Source of the DNA: an uncultured Terracidiphilus sp.
GTDB lineage: Bacteria; Acidobacteriota; Terriglobia; Terriglobales; Acidobacteriaceae
Length of the DNA: 64,000 nt
Direction of reading: 5' to 3'
Assembly: GCA_964565955.1 (NCBI GenBank)
Contig: CAZMHC010000005.1
Location: 11,560 to 75,559, forward strand
Shown: positions 51,453-62,301 of the stretch, piece after piece
Layout: each line of letters begins with the position of its first letter
Position numbering within the stretch: the first letter of the stretch is position 1
Translations under genes and position numbers: made by a program
Notes under the pieces: model-generated
What the model saw: only the letters and a program-made list of their open reading frames with translations
What the model was told of the DNA's origin: nothing
Database searches by the model: none

Positions 51453-52796
51453 ATGGAAGAGAGTTACCAAGACGCAAAGTCGCAAGCCGTGAGTCCAGCG
51501 CGGGCTCCGGATCGAGGATCGCGCCCGGATTCCGCGGCGGCCGAAGAGGTCTCGAAGGCGAAGGCCGGGAACGCTCCACGGCGGCTTCTCTATCTTCTGA
51601 GTTACTATCCGGCTATTTCGCACACCTTCTTTCTCAATGAAATTCTGGCGCTGAGAAAACAGGGTTTTGCCGTCGAGGCCGCCTCCATCAACCCCCCGGA
51701 CCGTCCGCGCGAGTCGATGTCCGAGACCGAGGCGCAAGAGGCGGAGAAGACGTTTTACGTCAAGTCCGCGGGAGCCGCGCGGGCGGCGGCGATTGCGGCA
51801 AAGACGCTGCTATTCAGGCCATGGGTCTTCGCTCACGGGCTGTTGGCCGCTCTCCAGTTGGGGCGAGGAGATTTCGGCGCAACTCTCTATGCGCTCTTTT
51901 ACCTCGCCGAGGCCCTGGTCCTGGGGGATTGGATGCGTTCGCGCGGTCATCGCCATCTGCATATCCACTTCTGCGGGCCGGTGGCAACGGTGGGTATGCT
52001 GACATCGATGGCATGGGGTTTCACTTATTCGCTGACCGTGCATGGCCCGGACGAATTCTACGACGTGGAGAAGTTTCACCTTCGCCGGAAGGTAGAGCGC
52101 GCGACGTTCATCCTGTGCATCAGCGACTTTTGCCGAAGCCAACTGATGCGCATCTCGGACCCGGAGCACTGGGACAAAATGGCGGTGGTGCGGCTGGGGG
52201 TCGATCCGAAGGTGTTCTTTCCGATGCGGCCGCCGGCCAGGACAGAGCATGATCTGGAAATCCTGTGCGTGGGCCGGTTGGTTCCGTCGAAGGGCCAGCT
52301 CATTCTCTTGCAAGCCTGCGGACTTCTGCGCACCGCGGGCCGCTCGTTCCGGGTGCGTCTGGTGGGCGATGGCCCGGACCGCAAGCATTTGCGGGCCTTC
52401 GCGGAAGAAAAGGGAATTCCGGCAATCTTCGAGGGAGCAAAGAGCCATGAAGAGACGCGGCAGTTGCTTGGGCAGGCGGATATCTTCGCCCTGGCCAGTT
52501 TTGCCGAGGGCGTCCCGGTGGCGTTGATGGAGGCCATGGCCATGGAGGTTCCCTGCGTGAGCACCCGCATTGCCGGAATTCCAGAGCTGATCCGCGACGG
52601 CCTCGACGGGCTGCTGGTTCCCGCGTCTTCGGCCGAGGCGCTGGCCTCGGCGCTCAGTCGTCTGGCTGAAGATGCGGCCTTGCGGCGCAGCTTTGGGATT
52701 GCCGGACGCAAGCGCGTCCTCGATCTCTACAATCTGCCGCAAAATGCAACTCTGCTGGCAGAAGCCTTTCGAGAGCGCGTCCCCACCGACCGCTAA
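51453..52796 (+). CDS. Glycosyltransferase family 4 (WcaL-like)
   Basis: ATG 51453. The N-terminus reads LLYLLSYYPAISHTFFLNEILALRKQGF. The C-terminal signature is ASFAEGVPVALMEAMAMEVPCVSTRIAGIPELI. The track ORF begins at 51078, inside the previous gene. Confidence 0.8.
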   Translation: MEESYQDAKSQAVSPARAPDRGSRPDSAAAEEVSKAKAGNAPRRLLYLLSYYPAISHTFFLNEILALRKQGFAVEAASINPPDRPRESMSETEAQEAEKTFYVKSAGAARAAAIAAKTLLFRPWVFAHGLLAALQLGRGDFGATLYALFYLAEALVLGDWMRSRGHRHLHIHFCGPVATVGMLTSMAWGFTYSLTVHGPDEFYDVEKFHLRRKVERATFILCISDFCRSQLMRISDPEHWDKMAVVRLGVDPKVFFPMRPPARTEHDLEILCVGRLVPSKGQLILLQACGLLRTAGRSFRVRLVGDGPDRKHLRAFAEEKGIPAIFEGAKSHEETRQLLGQADIFALASFAEGVPVALMEAMAMEVPCVSTRIAGIPELIRDGLDGLLVPASSAEALASALSRLAEDAALRRSFGIAGRKRVLDLYNLPQNATLLAEAFRERVPTDR

Positions 52797-52803
52797 GAGG
52801 ACT

Positions 52804-53808
52804 ATGAACGCTCAAGGTTCCGCATCTTTCCAGTTCGACGTCTCCATCGTGATTGTGTCCTTCAACACGCGCGACGTTTTGCGGGAATGCCTGCAATCGG
52901 TCTATCGCGAGGCGGGTTCGCTGAGCGTCCAGGTCGTTGTGGTGGACAACGCTTCGGCGGACGGCTCCGCCGCGATGGTCGAGCGCGAGTTTCCCGACGC
53001 GCTGTCGATACGCAGCGAGGTCAACCTCGGCTTCGGTCCGGCTAACAATCTCGGCTTCAAGTCCGCGAACGGACGTTATATTGTGCTTCTCAATTCCGAC
53101 GCTTTTCTGAGCGAGGGATCGCTCCAACGCTCGGTGGCGCATATGGACGCGAACCCCCGCGCGGGACTTGGCGGCGGACGTCTGATCGGTCGCGACGGCT
53201 CTTGGCAACCATCGGCGCGGATGTTTCCCACAGTCTTCACCGACCTGCTTGTCCTTTCCGGGCTTGCGGCGCGCTTTCCGCGATCGCGCTTTTTTGGGCG
53301 CGCGGACCGCACCTGGGCCGATCAAATGCAGGCCGCCGAGGTGGACTGGGTTCCCGGCGCGTACTCGATTCTGCGCGCCGAGGCGCTGCGAGCAGTCGGG
53401 GCCTTCGACCCGCGCTTTTTCCTGTACTACGAGGAAGTAGACCTTTGCAGACGCATCAAGAACCGAGGATTCTCGATCTGGTATTGGCCGGATATCGTAG
53501 TCGTGCATATCGGCGGCGAGTCCTCGCGTCAGGTTCAGTCGCTGCAACTCTCGCAAACCGGGGCGCAGCTCACTCTCTGGCGTATGCGCAGCATGCTGCT
53601 CTACTATCGAAAACATCATGGATTGTCCGCATGGTGCTCCCTGGCCGCCGAGGCCGGCTGGTATTGGCTGCGGTCGCAGCGCAGACGATGGAGCAAGGAG
53701 CCGGAGAGGCGCGCAAGCGTCAGCGCCGACCGGCGCCTGATAGCGATCTTGAATCAGGCGTGGCGCGATACCATGGGAGGACGCTTTTCCCCCGCCCAGC
53801 CCTGGTGA
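52804..53808 (+). CDS. Glycosyltransferase family 2 (rhamnosyltransferase-like)
   Basis: ATG 52804. Motifs are VSIVIVSFNTRDVL, VVVDNASADGS, LLNSDAF and EEVDLCRR. Confidence 0.85.
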   Translation: MNAQGSASFQFDVSIVIVSFNTRDVLRECLQSVYREAGSLSVQVVVVDNASADGSAAMVEREFPDALSIRSEVNLGFGPANNLGFKSANGRYIVLLNSDAFLSEGSLQRSVAHMDANPRAGLGGGRLIGRDGSWQPSARMFPTVFTDLLVLSGLAARFPRSRFFGRADRTWADQMQAAEVDWVPGAYSILRAEALRAVGAFDPRFFLYYEEVDLCRRIKNRGFSIWYWPDIVVVHIGGESSRQVQSLQLSQTGAQLTLWRMRSMLLYYRKHHGLSAWCSLAAEAGWYWLRSQRRRWSKEPERRASVSADRRLIAILNQAWRDTMGGRFSPAQPW

Positions 53809-53832
53809 AGCGCATACTTCCGAAAGACGACA

Positions 53833-54447
53833 ATGGATATGCCGGATAACTCGTTGCGCCGCCAACTTAAGTCGTCGCTTGCATCGCTGTTGTCGTCGTT
53901 CTACAGGGCAACCTCCGGTCTGCGCCGGAACCTGGGGCGCATCCGCAATCATGCCTTGCTTTCTTCCAGCCTTGACGCGCCTCTCGATGCGTCGGTCGTG
54001 GTGCTGGGGCGGGCCGAAGTGCACGGCACGGGCAAGATTCGCATTGGACGGGACGCTCTCCTGTATCCCGCGCTGTATCTGGAGACTCTGGAGAATGGAG
54101 CGATCGAGATCGGCGACGGCGTCGTGCTCTCGCGCGGGGTTCACATTGTCTCGTTCGACCGGATTGCGATCGGCAATGGCACCATGATCGGCGAGTACTC
54201 CAGCATTCGCGACGCGAACCACGCCCGGGTGCCGGGTTTGCCGATCCGCGAGTCCGGACACATCGCCCGACCTATCGTCATCGGCAATGAGGTGTGGATC
54301 GGTCGCGGCGTAACCGTGCTGGGCGGCGTCGCCATCGGGGACGGCGCCACGGTGGGGGCCAATGCGGTGGTCACCCGCGATGTGCCGGCCGGAGTTACAG
54401 TCGCGGGAGTGCCCGCGCGGGCGATCGGCGCCGGCCAGGCGCGTTGA
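53833..54447 (+). CDS. Hexapeptide-repeat (LbH) acetyltransferase
   Basis: Repeats read IGDGVVLSRGVHIV, IGNEVWIGRGVTVLGGVAIGDGATVGANAVV and AGVPAR. Confidence 0.8.
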   Translation: MDMPDNSLRRQLKSSLASLLSSFYRATSGLRRNLGRIRNHALLSSSLDAPLDASVVVLGRAEVHGTGKIRIGRDALLYPALYLETLENGAIEIGDGVVLSRGVHIVSFDRIAIGNGTMIGEYSSIRDANHARVPGLPIRESGHIARPIVIGNEVWIGRGVTVLGGVAIGDGATVGANAVVTRDVPAGVTVAGVPARAIGAGQAR

Positions 54448-54493
54448 GGAAGTTACCGCAAAGGAATGAATCGTTCCCAACCGAAGAGGCAGC

Positions 54494-56047
54494 ATGGAAG
54501 TTGCGGGTAACTCGAGGAACAGCCCGCGCACGGCGCGGCATTTTGGTTTCTTCTTAGCCGCGTTCGCCGCAATCTACCTTCTTTCCTGGCCGATTCTATT
54601 CTCACTGGACCTTTGGATACTGAAGGATCGCGGCAGTTTTCTCAATCTGGATTGCCTGCTGGACGAGCGTCTCCGGCTGGGTGTCGATACCTTCTATTCC
54701 TACGGACTGCTGCCGGTTTCCATCCAGCATTGGCTCTTTGCCCTGTTTGGCAGAGGCTATTGGCCGTCGATCGGATGCGCGGTCGTCACACTGGCGTTGA
54801 TGGCCCTGTTCTGCGCTCTCTTTCTGCGCTATCTGCCCAGGGAATCCGTTTGGCTTGTGGCGCTGCTGGCAATGAGCCGGATCGTCAACCCGGTCAATCC
54901 CAATCTCCCCTATTCTCTCGTCCAGCTATCCCTTCTCTTTGCGCTGCTCTTCGTCCTGATGGGAAGGCTGGACATGGGTCTGGCTATCTCCACGATAGGC
55001 TGTTGGAGCGTGCCGTCTTTGCCTCTGGTTATGACGGCTTTGTTGGCCGCATTCCTGTTTCTCGATTGGATCGTCAAGCCTCCCCGCTCCCTTTCGAGAT
55101 TGTTTCGTATGCTTGCGCCGGGGGTATCGACCTATATCGCGCTCGCAATTCTTTTGGCTTGCCAATTCGGGTGGCGTTCCGTCTTCGCAACCGCGACTCC
55201 TTTGGCGGGGATGGGCTTCTACAAGCAGATCGACTACGGCTCCGGACAAGGGTTGATGCAGTTTCTGCACCCCTGGGGATACAGTTGGTTTCGCTATCTC
55301 GCCTACGCTCTATTTACCCCGGTAAGTTGGTGGGTCTTTTGCACCTTGAGCCTCGCCGTCTTCGCTGTGCTGGCGGCGCGAAGAATGGCGATTCGGAGAA
55401 CGATGGACGGCAGAGATGCGGCGATCGTTCTCTGCGCGCTGATCCAGGGAGCGTTCGTGTGCTTTGCCTACGGAGCGCCGCACCAACACTATCTCTTCGA
55501 TCCGATCCTGATAGTGGGTATGTTGCTCGGGTTATCGGCTGTCGAGTCTGGATTCGCGCGCAAGGTTCTGTTGGCGATCTTTGTGGTTCTCGGAATCGCG
55601 GGCCAGGCGACCCTTGCGCGCGACGCCTGGAAGAGCTGGAAAGAAATCAAGTCGCCGACAGCGACCGCCAATCTATACGCCGATGCGGGCTGGGTGGCCG
55701 AATGGAAGAATATCCTGGAGCTGTCAACCCATCGGAACTTGCTTCTCTTCTCTTATAGCACCGGAGTCCATAACTATTTTCCGAGCGTTCATTCGCCGGA
55801 TATATGGACGCTCCAGTTGGGACAGCTTCTTCCCGCCGACAAGGCGCGCGTGATGCAACAGTTCGACGAGGCCGATGCGGTGGTGCTGGACCTGACCAGC
55901 CCGACTGCCCTGGTGGATAAGGATGCCGACATTCAGCGGCATTTGCATTCTCTCTGTCTGACGCAATCCACGACCTATTTTCAGGTCTGGCGGCGGCGAT
56001 CGTCGCCGCCCGCAAACTTGGCGTGCCTCGCCGATCCGCGAAGATAG
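54494..56047 (+). CDS. Polytopic membrane protein, function unknown (candidate polymerase or GT-C-like enzyme)
   Basis: 517 aa with about 11-12 hydrophobic segments followed by a soluble tail of about 130 aa. No motif I can assign confidently. Confidence 0.5.
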   Translation: MEVAGNSRNSPRTARHFGFFLAAFAAIYLLSWPILFSLDLWILKDRGSFLNLDCLLDERLRLGVDTFYSYGLLPVSIQHWLFALFGRGYWPSIGCAVVTLALMALFCALFLRYLPRESVWLVALLAMSRIVNPVNPNLPYSLVQLSLLFALLFVLMGRLDMGLAISTIGCWSVPSLPLVMTALLAAFLFLDWIVKPPRSLSRLFRMLAPGVSTYIALAILLACQFGWRSVFATATPLAGMGFYKQIDYGSGQGLMQFLHPWGYSWFRYLAYALFTPVSWWVFCTLSLAVFAVLAARRMAIRRTMDGRDAAIVLCALIQGAFVCFAYGAPHQHYLFDPILIVGMLLGLSAVESGFARKVLLAIFVVLGIAGQATLARDAWKSWKEIKSPTATANLYADAGWVAEWKNILELSTHRNLLLFSYSTGVHNYFPSVHSPDIWTLQLGQLLPADKARVMQQFDEADAVVLDLTSPTALVDKDADIQRHLHSLCLTQSTTYFQVWRRRSSPPANLACLADPRR

Positions 56048-56076
56048 AGCGTTGACGATAGTATATTCAGAAGACC

Positions 56077-56667
56077 GTGAGGCTGAGTTTGTTCGATAAC
56101 ATCCGCGAGGACTGGCGCACCTATGATCGTCAACTCTCCCGCCAGGGGCTGTGGGCCATGGCTGTGTACCGCTTTGGCCGCTGGCGCTACACCATTCGCC
56201 GGCGCTGGCTGCGTATGCCTTTCTCCTTTGTCTATAAGGTGCTGAAGCCTGTCTCCGAGGCGCTGACAGGCATCGAGCTTCCCTGCGAGGCAACCTTGGG
56301 CCGACGATTCCGAATCGATCATTTCGGGGGAATTGTCATCAGTGGCGATGCCGTCTTCGGAGACGACTGCGTGATTCGCAATGGGGTCACCGTGGGGCTG
56401 AGGCATACCGGCCAGCGCGGCGCGCCGATTCTGGGCAACCGCGTGGATATTGGCGCCGGAGCCAAGATTCTGGGCGCGATCCGGATCGGGGACAATGTGG
56501 CGATAGGAGCCAACGCCGTGGTGCTCGCCGATGTGCCGTCCAATTGCATTGCCGTCGGGGTTCCGGCGCGGGTGATTCCACGAAAATCTCCGACACCGGC
56601 AACAAGCGAGGAGCCGGTACATACCGAAGGGACGCAAGAGCGGGGTGTTCATGCCGGAAGCATCTGA
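56077..56667 (+). CDS. Serine O-acetyltransferase-like (CysE/EpsC-type LbH) acetyltransferase
   Basis: The N-terminus reads DNIREDWRTY...AVYRFGRW. The LbH core reads GRRFRIDHFGGIVISGDAVFGDDCVIRNGVTVG...GNRVDIGAGAKILGAIRIGDNVAIGANAVV. Confidence 0.8.
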   Translation: MRLSLFDNIREDWRTYDRQLSRQGLWAMAVYRFGRWRYTIRRRWLRMPFSFVYKVLKPVSEALTGIELPCEATLGRRFRIDHFGGIVISGDAVFGDDCVIRNGVTVGLRHTGQRGAPILGNRVDIGAGAKILGAIRIGDNVAIGANAVVLADVPSNCIAVGVPARVIPRKSPTPATSEEPVHTEGTQERGVHAGSI

Positions 56668-57703
56668 AAGCGTTGCCGGTCGTTGCGCGGACGCTGTTGC
56701 GCCCTCGCTTTCGATCGTAGTGATCGGACGCAATGAGGGGCCGCGACTGGCCGCCTGCCTTGAGTCCATTCAGAGGGTGCGAGGCATTGACGTGAAGGAG
56801 ACGATCTACGTCGATTCCGCCTCCACCGACGGCAGCCGGGAACTGGCCTCCCGCTATGGCGCAACCGTGATCGAGGTTCACCCGGAGCGGCCCACCGCGG
56901 CCATCGGTCGCAACGCCGGTTGGCGGCGCGCGGCATCCGATCTGATTCTCTTTCTCGACGGAGATACCGTATTGCACCCGGATTTTGTTCAGGCAGCGTG
57001 CGACGCAATGTCAGGGGAGTCGTCTCTTGCGGCCGTGTGGGGCCATCGCCGCGAAATACACCCGGAAGCATCGGTCTATAACCGCATCCTCGACCTCGAC
57101 TGGATTTATCCTCCCGGCCTTGCGGAGTTTTGCGGCGGCGACGTGTTGATGCGCCGCGAGGTTCTGCTGGAAACGGGAGGATTCGACGAGAGGTTGATCG
57201 CCGGAGAAGAGCCTGAGCTTTGCCGGCGCATCAGAGCGCGGGGATACGGGATTCTGCACATCGACTGCCCCATGACCGGACACGATTTGCAGATAACTCG
57301 TTGGAGTCAATACTGGAAGCGCGCCACGCGGGCCGGCCATGCCTATGCCGAGGTTTCCGAACGCTTCCGCAAGAGCGACGACCCGTTCTGGACCGCCGAC
57401 CGCAGACGAAACCTGCTGCGCGGAAGCTTCTGGCTGGTTTCGCCGGCTGCCGCGATCGCGGCCAGTTTGCTTTTTGGAGTTGTTCCCATGGCCCTCTGGC
57501 TTGCCGCGCTGTTGCTGCTGTCCGCGCGGTCGGCGTGGAAGGCTCGCTGGAAGCGCGCTACTCCCGGCATCCTGTTGCTCTATGGACTTCACTCTCACCT
57601 GCAACAGGCGCCGATCTTCGTGGGACAACTGCAATATGAACTGAACAAGCGGCTGAAAAGAACGCGCAAACTGATCGAATACAAGCAGAGGCGCGCCGAC
57701 TGA
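56651..57703 (+). CDS. Glycosyltransferase family 2 with C-terminal TM segments
   Basis: Motifs are LSIVVIGRNEGPRLAACLESI, YVDSASTDGS, FLDGDT and GEEPELCRR. Two C-terminal TM helices are present. ATG 56651; the track uses GTG 56645. Confidence 0.85.
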   Translation: MPEASESVAGRCADAVAPSLSIVVIGRNEGPRLAACLESIQRVRGIDVKETIYVDSASTDGSRELASRYGATVIEVHPERPTAAIGRNAGWRRAASDLILFLDGDTVLHPDFVQAACDAMSGESSLAAVWGHRREIHPEASVYNRILDLDWIYPPGLAEFCGGDVLMRREVLLETGGFDERLIAGEEPELCRRIRARGYGILHIDCPMTGHDLQITRWSQYWKRATRAGHAYAEVSERFRKSDDPFWTADRRRNLLRGSFWLVSPAAAIAASLLFGVVPMALWLAALLLLSARSAWKARWKRATPGILLLYGLHSHLQQAPIFVGQLQYELNKRLKRTRKLIEYKQRRAD

Positions 57704-57891
57704 AGTCGACTGGGACGCGCCGCGTTCCTGGACTTTTCAACTTTCAAACGTCAGCTTGCGCAAGATGTCGCGTTGCAATAGCGGTTCAATTCCCCCTGGC
57801 ATTTTCCGGTCCTGCCCGTCGCTGGCATGAACCGCTCGAAGCTGAAAGTTGGATACCGTATAACTCTTTCGCTTCTCTCGCCACCCGCCGT

Positions 57892-60034
<2,143 letters not shown>

Positions 60035-60201
60035 TGAGTCTCCTGTTGGCCTTCTCGGCCGATGATAGCAAGGCGAGGCGAAGGATATTGCCCGCGCTCG
60101 CGCTCAACCCAAAGAATAGCCGAAGCGATCCTTTGGCGGCATCCCCATCTTTCCGTTCGATCGCCGCTTGCTGTCGAGCGCTCATAGACAAGGATGCGGA
60201 T

Positions 60202-61836
60202 TCAAAGCTGCCGCGCTCGCTCGATAGCGCGGAGGACGGCTTGCGCCTTGTTGAGCGCCTCCCGATGCTCCAACTCCGGGACGGAATCGGCCACGATGCC
60301 CGCGCCGGACTGCACGTAGCCCTTGCCGGCGATGGCCAGCATGGAGCGGATGGCGATGCAGGAGTCGAGATTGCCGGAGAAGTCGGCGTAGAGCACCGCG
60401 CCGCCGTAGGTTGCGCGCCGCGCCGGCTCCAGTTCTTCGATGATCTCCATGGCGCGGACCTTGGGCGCGCCGGAGAGCGTACCCGCCGGGAAGCAGGCGC
60501 GCAGAGCATCGACGGCGGTCAGTTCCGGCTTGAGACGGCCCTCGATGGAGCTGACGATGTGCATCACATGGGAGTAGCGCTCGACGAACATGAGCCGGTC
60601 CACCTTGACCGAGCCGAACTCGCTCACCCGGCCCACATCGTTGCGCCCCAGGTCCACCAGCATCACGTGCTCGGCGCGCTCCTTTTCGTCATGGATCATC
60701 TCTTCGGCGAGAGCCTCGTCTTCCCGCTCGGTGGCTCCGCGAGGGCGGGTTCCAGCGATGGGCCGGTACTCGACCTTGCCCTGATGCACACGCACCAGCA
60801 GCTCCGGCGACGACCCCGCCAACTCCAGGGGCGCGGTGGGCGCTTTTAACTTTTTGGAGAAGTTATTTGACTTATTTGGCACTCCGCCCAGCGGACCCTC
60901 CGGCGAGAAGCGCAGGAAGAACATATACGGGCTGGGATTGACGGCGCGCAGGGCGCGATAGACCTGGAAGCTGTCGGCTTTCGGCTCCACGTCGAAGCGC
61001 TGCGAGATCACGGCCTGGAAGATGTCGCCGGCCGCGATGTACTCCTTGGTCCGGTCCACGGCGGCCAGAAAATCGTCTTTGGCGGTGCGGTGCTTCACCT
61101 TGAGCTTGCCGGCGGCCTTCGCCGCGGCCAGTTTGGGCAAAGGTTGCTTGAGCCGCTTCTCCAGCTTGGCCAGGCGCGCCACGGCCTTTTCGTAGGCATC
61201 GGATTGCGCTTTGGGGGTCCTGCACCGCGTGACGTCGGCGGTGGCCACCAGCCAAATCTCCTTGCGCACATGGTCGAAGGCCAGCACCTCGTCGAAGAAG
61301 AGCAGGCAAGCGTCGGGAACGCCCAGCTCGTCTTTGGCCAGATTGGGCAGGCGCTCGATCTGCCGCACCGCGTCGTAGGAGAAAAAGCCCACGGCGCCGG
61401 CGGTAAACGGGGGCAGGCCGGGCAGGCGCGCCGGTTTGTGGCCGGCGAGGGCGCGGCGCAGCACGGCAAAGATGTCGTCGTCGATCTGGACCACCTTGCG
61501 GCCTTCGGTGATGGTAACCTCGCGGCCGCGGGCCACGATGCGCTTGAAGGGCGCGAGGCCAATGAAGGTGTAGCGGCCCACTTGCTCGCCGTTTTCCACC
61601 GACTCCAGCAGGAAGCACTCGCGCTCCGGCCATGCGGCGCGCAGAAAGGCCGAGACGGGCGTTTCCAGGTCGGCTGAGAGGGTGCGGCAGACGGGAACCA
61701 AGGTGTGCTCCTTGGCCAGCGCCAGGAACTCTTTGCGGCTTGGCTGCGCCGAATTCGATGAGTCTTTCACTGGAATAGTGTAGCGGAGTGCGCCAGGGCC
61801 TGCAGGCCTGGCTTTGTTTCCGTATCTCTGCCGCAT
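60202..61836 (-). CDS. trpE: Anthranilate synthase component I
   Basis: Motifs are SPYMFF, GSSPELLV, GTRPRG, MLVDLGRNDVGRV, AGTLSGAPKVRAMEIIEELE and YGGAV. The true start may be GTG 61770 (VKDSSNSAQPSRKEF). Confidence 0.9.
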   Translation of the reverse strand: MRQRYGNKARPAGPGALRYTIPVKDSSNSAQPSRKEFLALAKEHTLVPVCRTLSADLETPVSAFLRAAWPERECFLLESVENGEQVGRYTFIGLAPFKRIVARGREVTITEGRKVVQIDDDIFAVLRRALAGHKPARLPGLPPFTAGAVGFFSYDAVRQIERLPNLAKDELGVPDACLLFFDEVLAFDHVRKEIWLVATADVTRCRTPKAQSDAYEKAVARLAKLEKRLKQPLPKLAAAKAAGKLKVKHRTAKDDFLAAVDRTKEYIAAGDIFQAVISQRFDVEPKADSFQVYRALRAVNPSPYMFFLRFSPEGPLGGVPNKSNNFSKKLKAPTAPLELAGSSPELLVRVHQGKVEYRPIAGTRPRGATEREDEALAEEMIHDEKERAEHVMLVDLGRNDVGRVSEFGSVKVDRLMFVERYSHVMHIVSSIEGRLKPELTAVDALRACFPAGTLSGAPKVRAMEIIEELEPARRATYGGAVLYADFSGNLDSCIAIRSMLAIAGKGYVQSGAGIVADSVPELEHREALNKAQAVLRAIERARQL

Positions 61837-61930
61837 AAGGGATAGACCTGGGAGAGCCAGTTGTTTCCACCAGGTGGATGGGTCGAATACCTCTGGACGA
61901 AGGGCCTTTGACGGGATAAGGTAGTTGAAT

Positions 61931-62275
61931 ATGGTGCGTCTTTTGGTTCAATGGCTGCTGTATGCGCTGGCTCTCCTGGCCGTCTCGTCGATTGTGCCGG
62001 GATTCGAGGTGAATGGGCTGGGACCGGCGCTGGCGGCGGCGCTGGCGATCGGCCTTTTGAATGCGACTCTGGGGCTGCTGCTGAAGATCGTCACCTTCCC
62101 GCTCAGCATACTCACGCTGGGGCTGTTTCTGCTGGTCATCAACGGGTTGATGATCCAGTTGGCGTCGGGCGTGGTGCGCGGCTTTCATGTGCGCGGCTTC
62201 TGGCCGGCTTTTTGGGGCGCGGTGGCGCTGGCGCTGCTGGGCATGGTCATCCGGGCGATGACCAAGAGCGCGTGA
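61931..62275 (+). CDS. DUF360/YvlD-type four-TM membrane protein (phage_holin_4_2 superfamily)
   Basis: About 114 aa with four hydrophobic helices. The LAVSSIVPGF...GLLNATLGLLLK pattern is typical of the family. A TTG at 61925 is an alternative start. Confidence 0.7.
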   Translation: MVRLLVQWLLYALALLAVSSIVPGFEVNGLGPALAAALAIGLLNATLGLLLKIVTFPLSILTLGLFLLVINGLMIQLASGVVRGFHVRGFWPAFWGAVALALLGMVIRAMTKSA

Positions 62276-62301
62276 GTTCGGCAATCTGATCTCGAAGGCC
62301 G

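Noticed and set aside
16222-57703. Calling the locus a PEP-CTERM/exosortase-associated EPS system
   Set aside because: Several components resemble those seen in such loci (priming transferase, GumC-like co-polymerase, O-antigen-ligase-like protein, WcaL-like GT). However, no exosortase (EpsH/XrtA) gene and no PEP-CTERM protein is visible in this window, so the label is not supported here.
61925-62275. A 'phage holin' family membrane protein as evidence of a prophage
   Set aside because: It is a DUF360/YvlD-type four-TM protein, common in chromosomes. It is flanked by trpE and ppk2, with no other phage-like genes, integrase or att sites.
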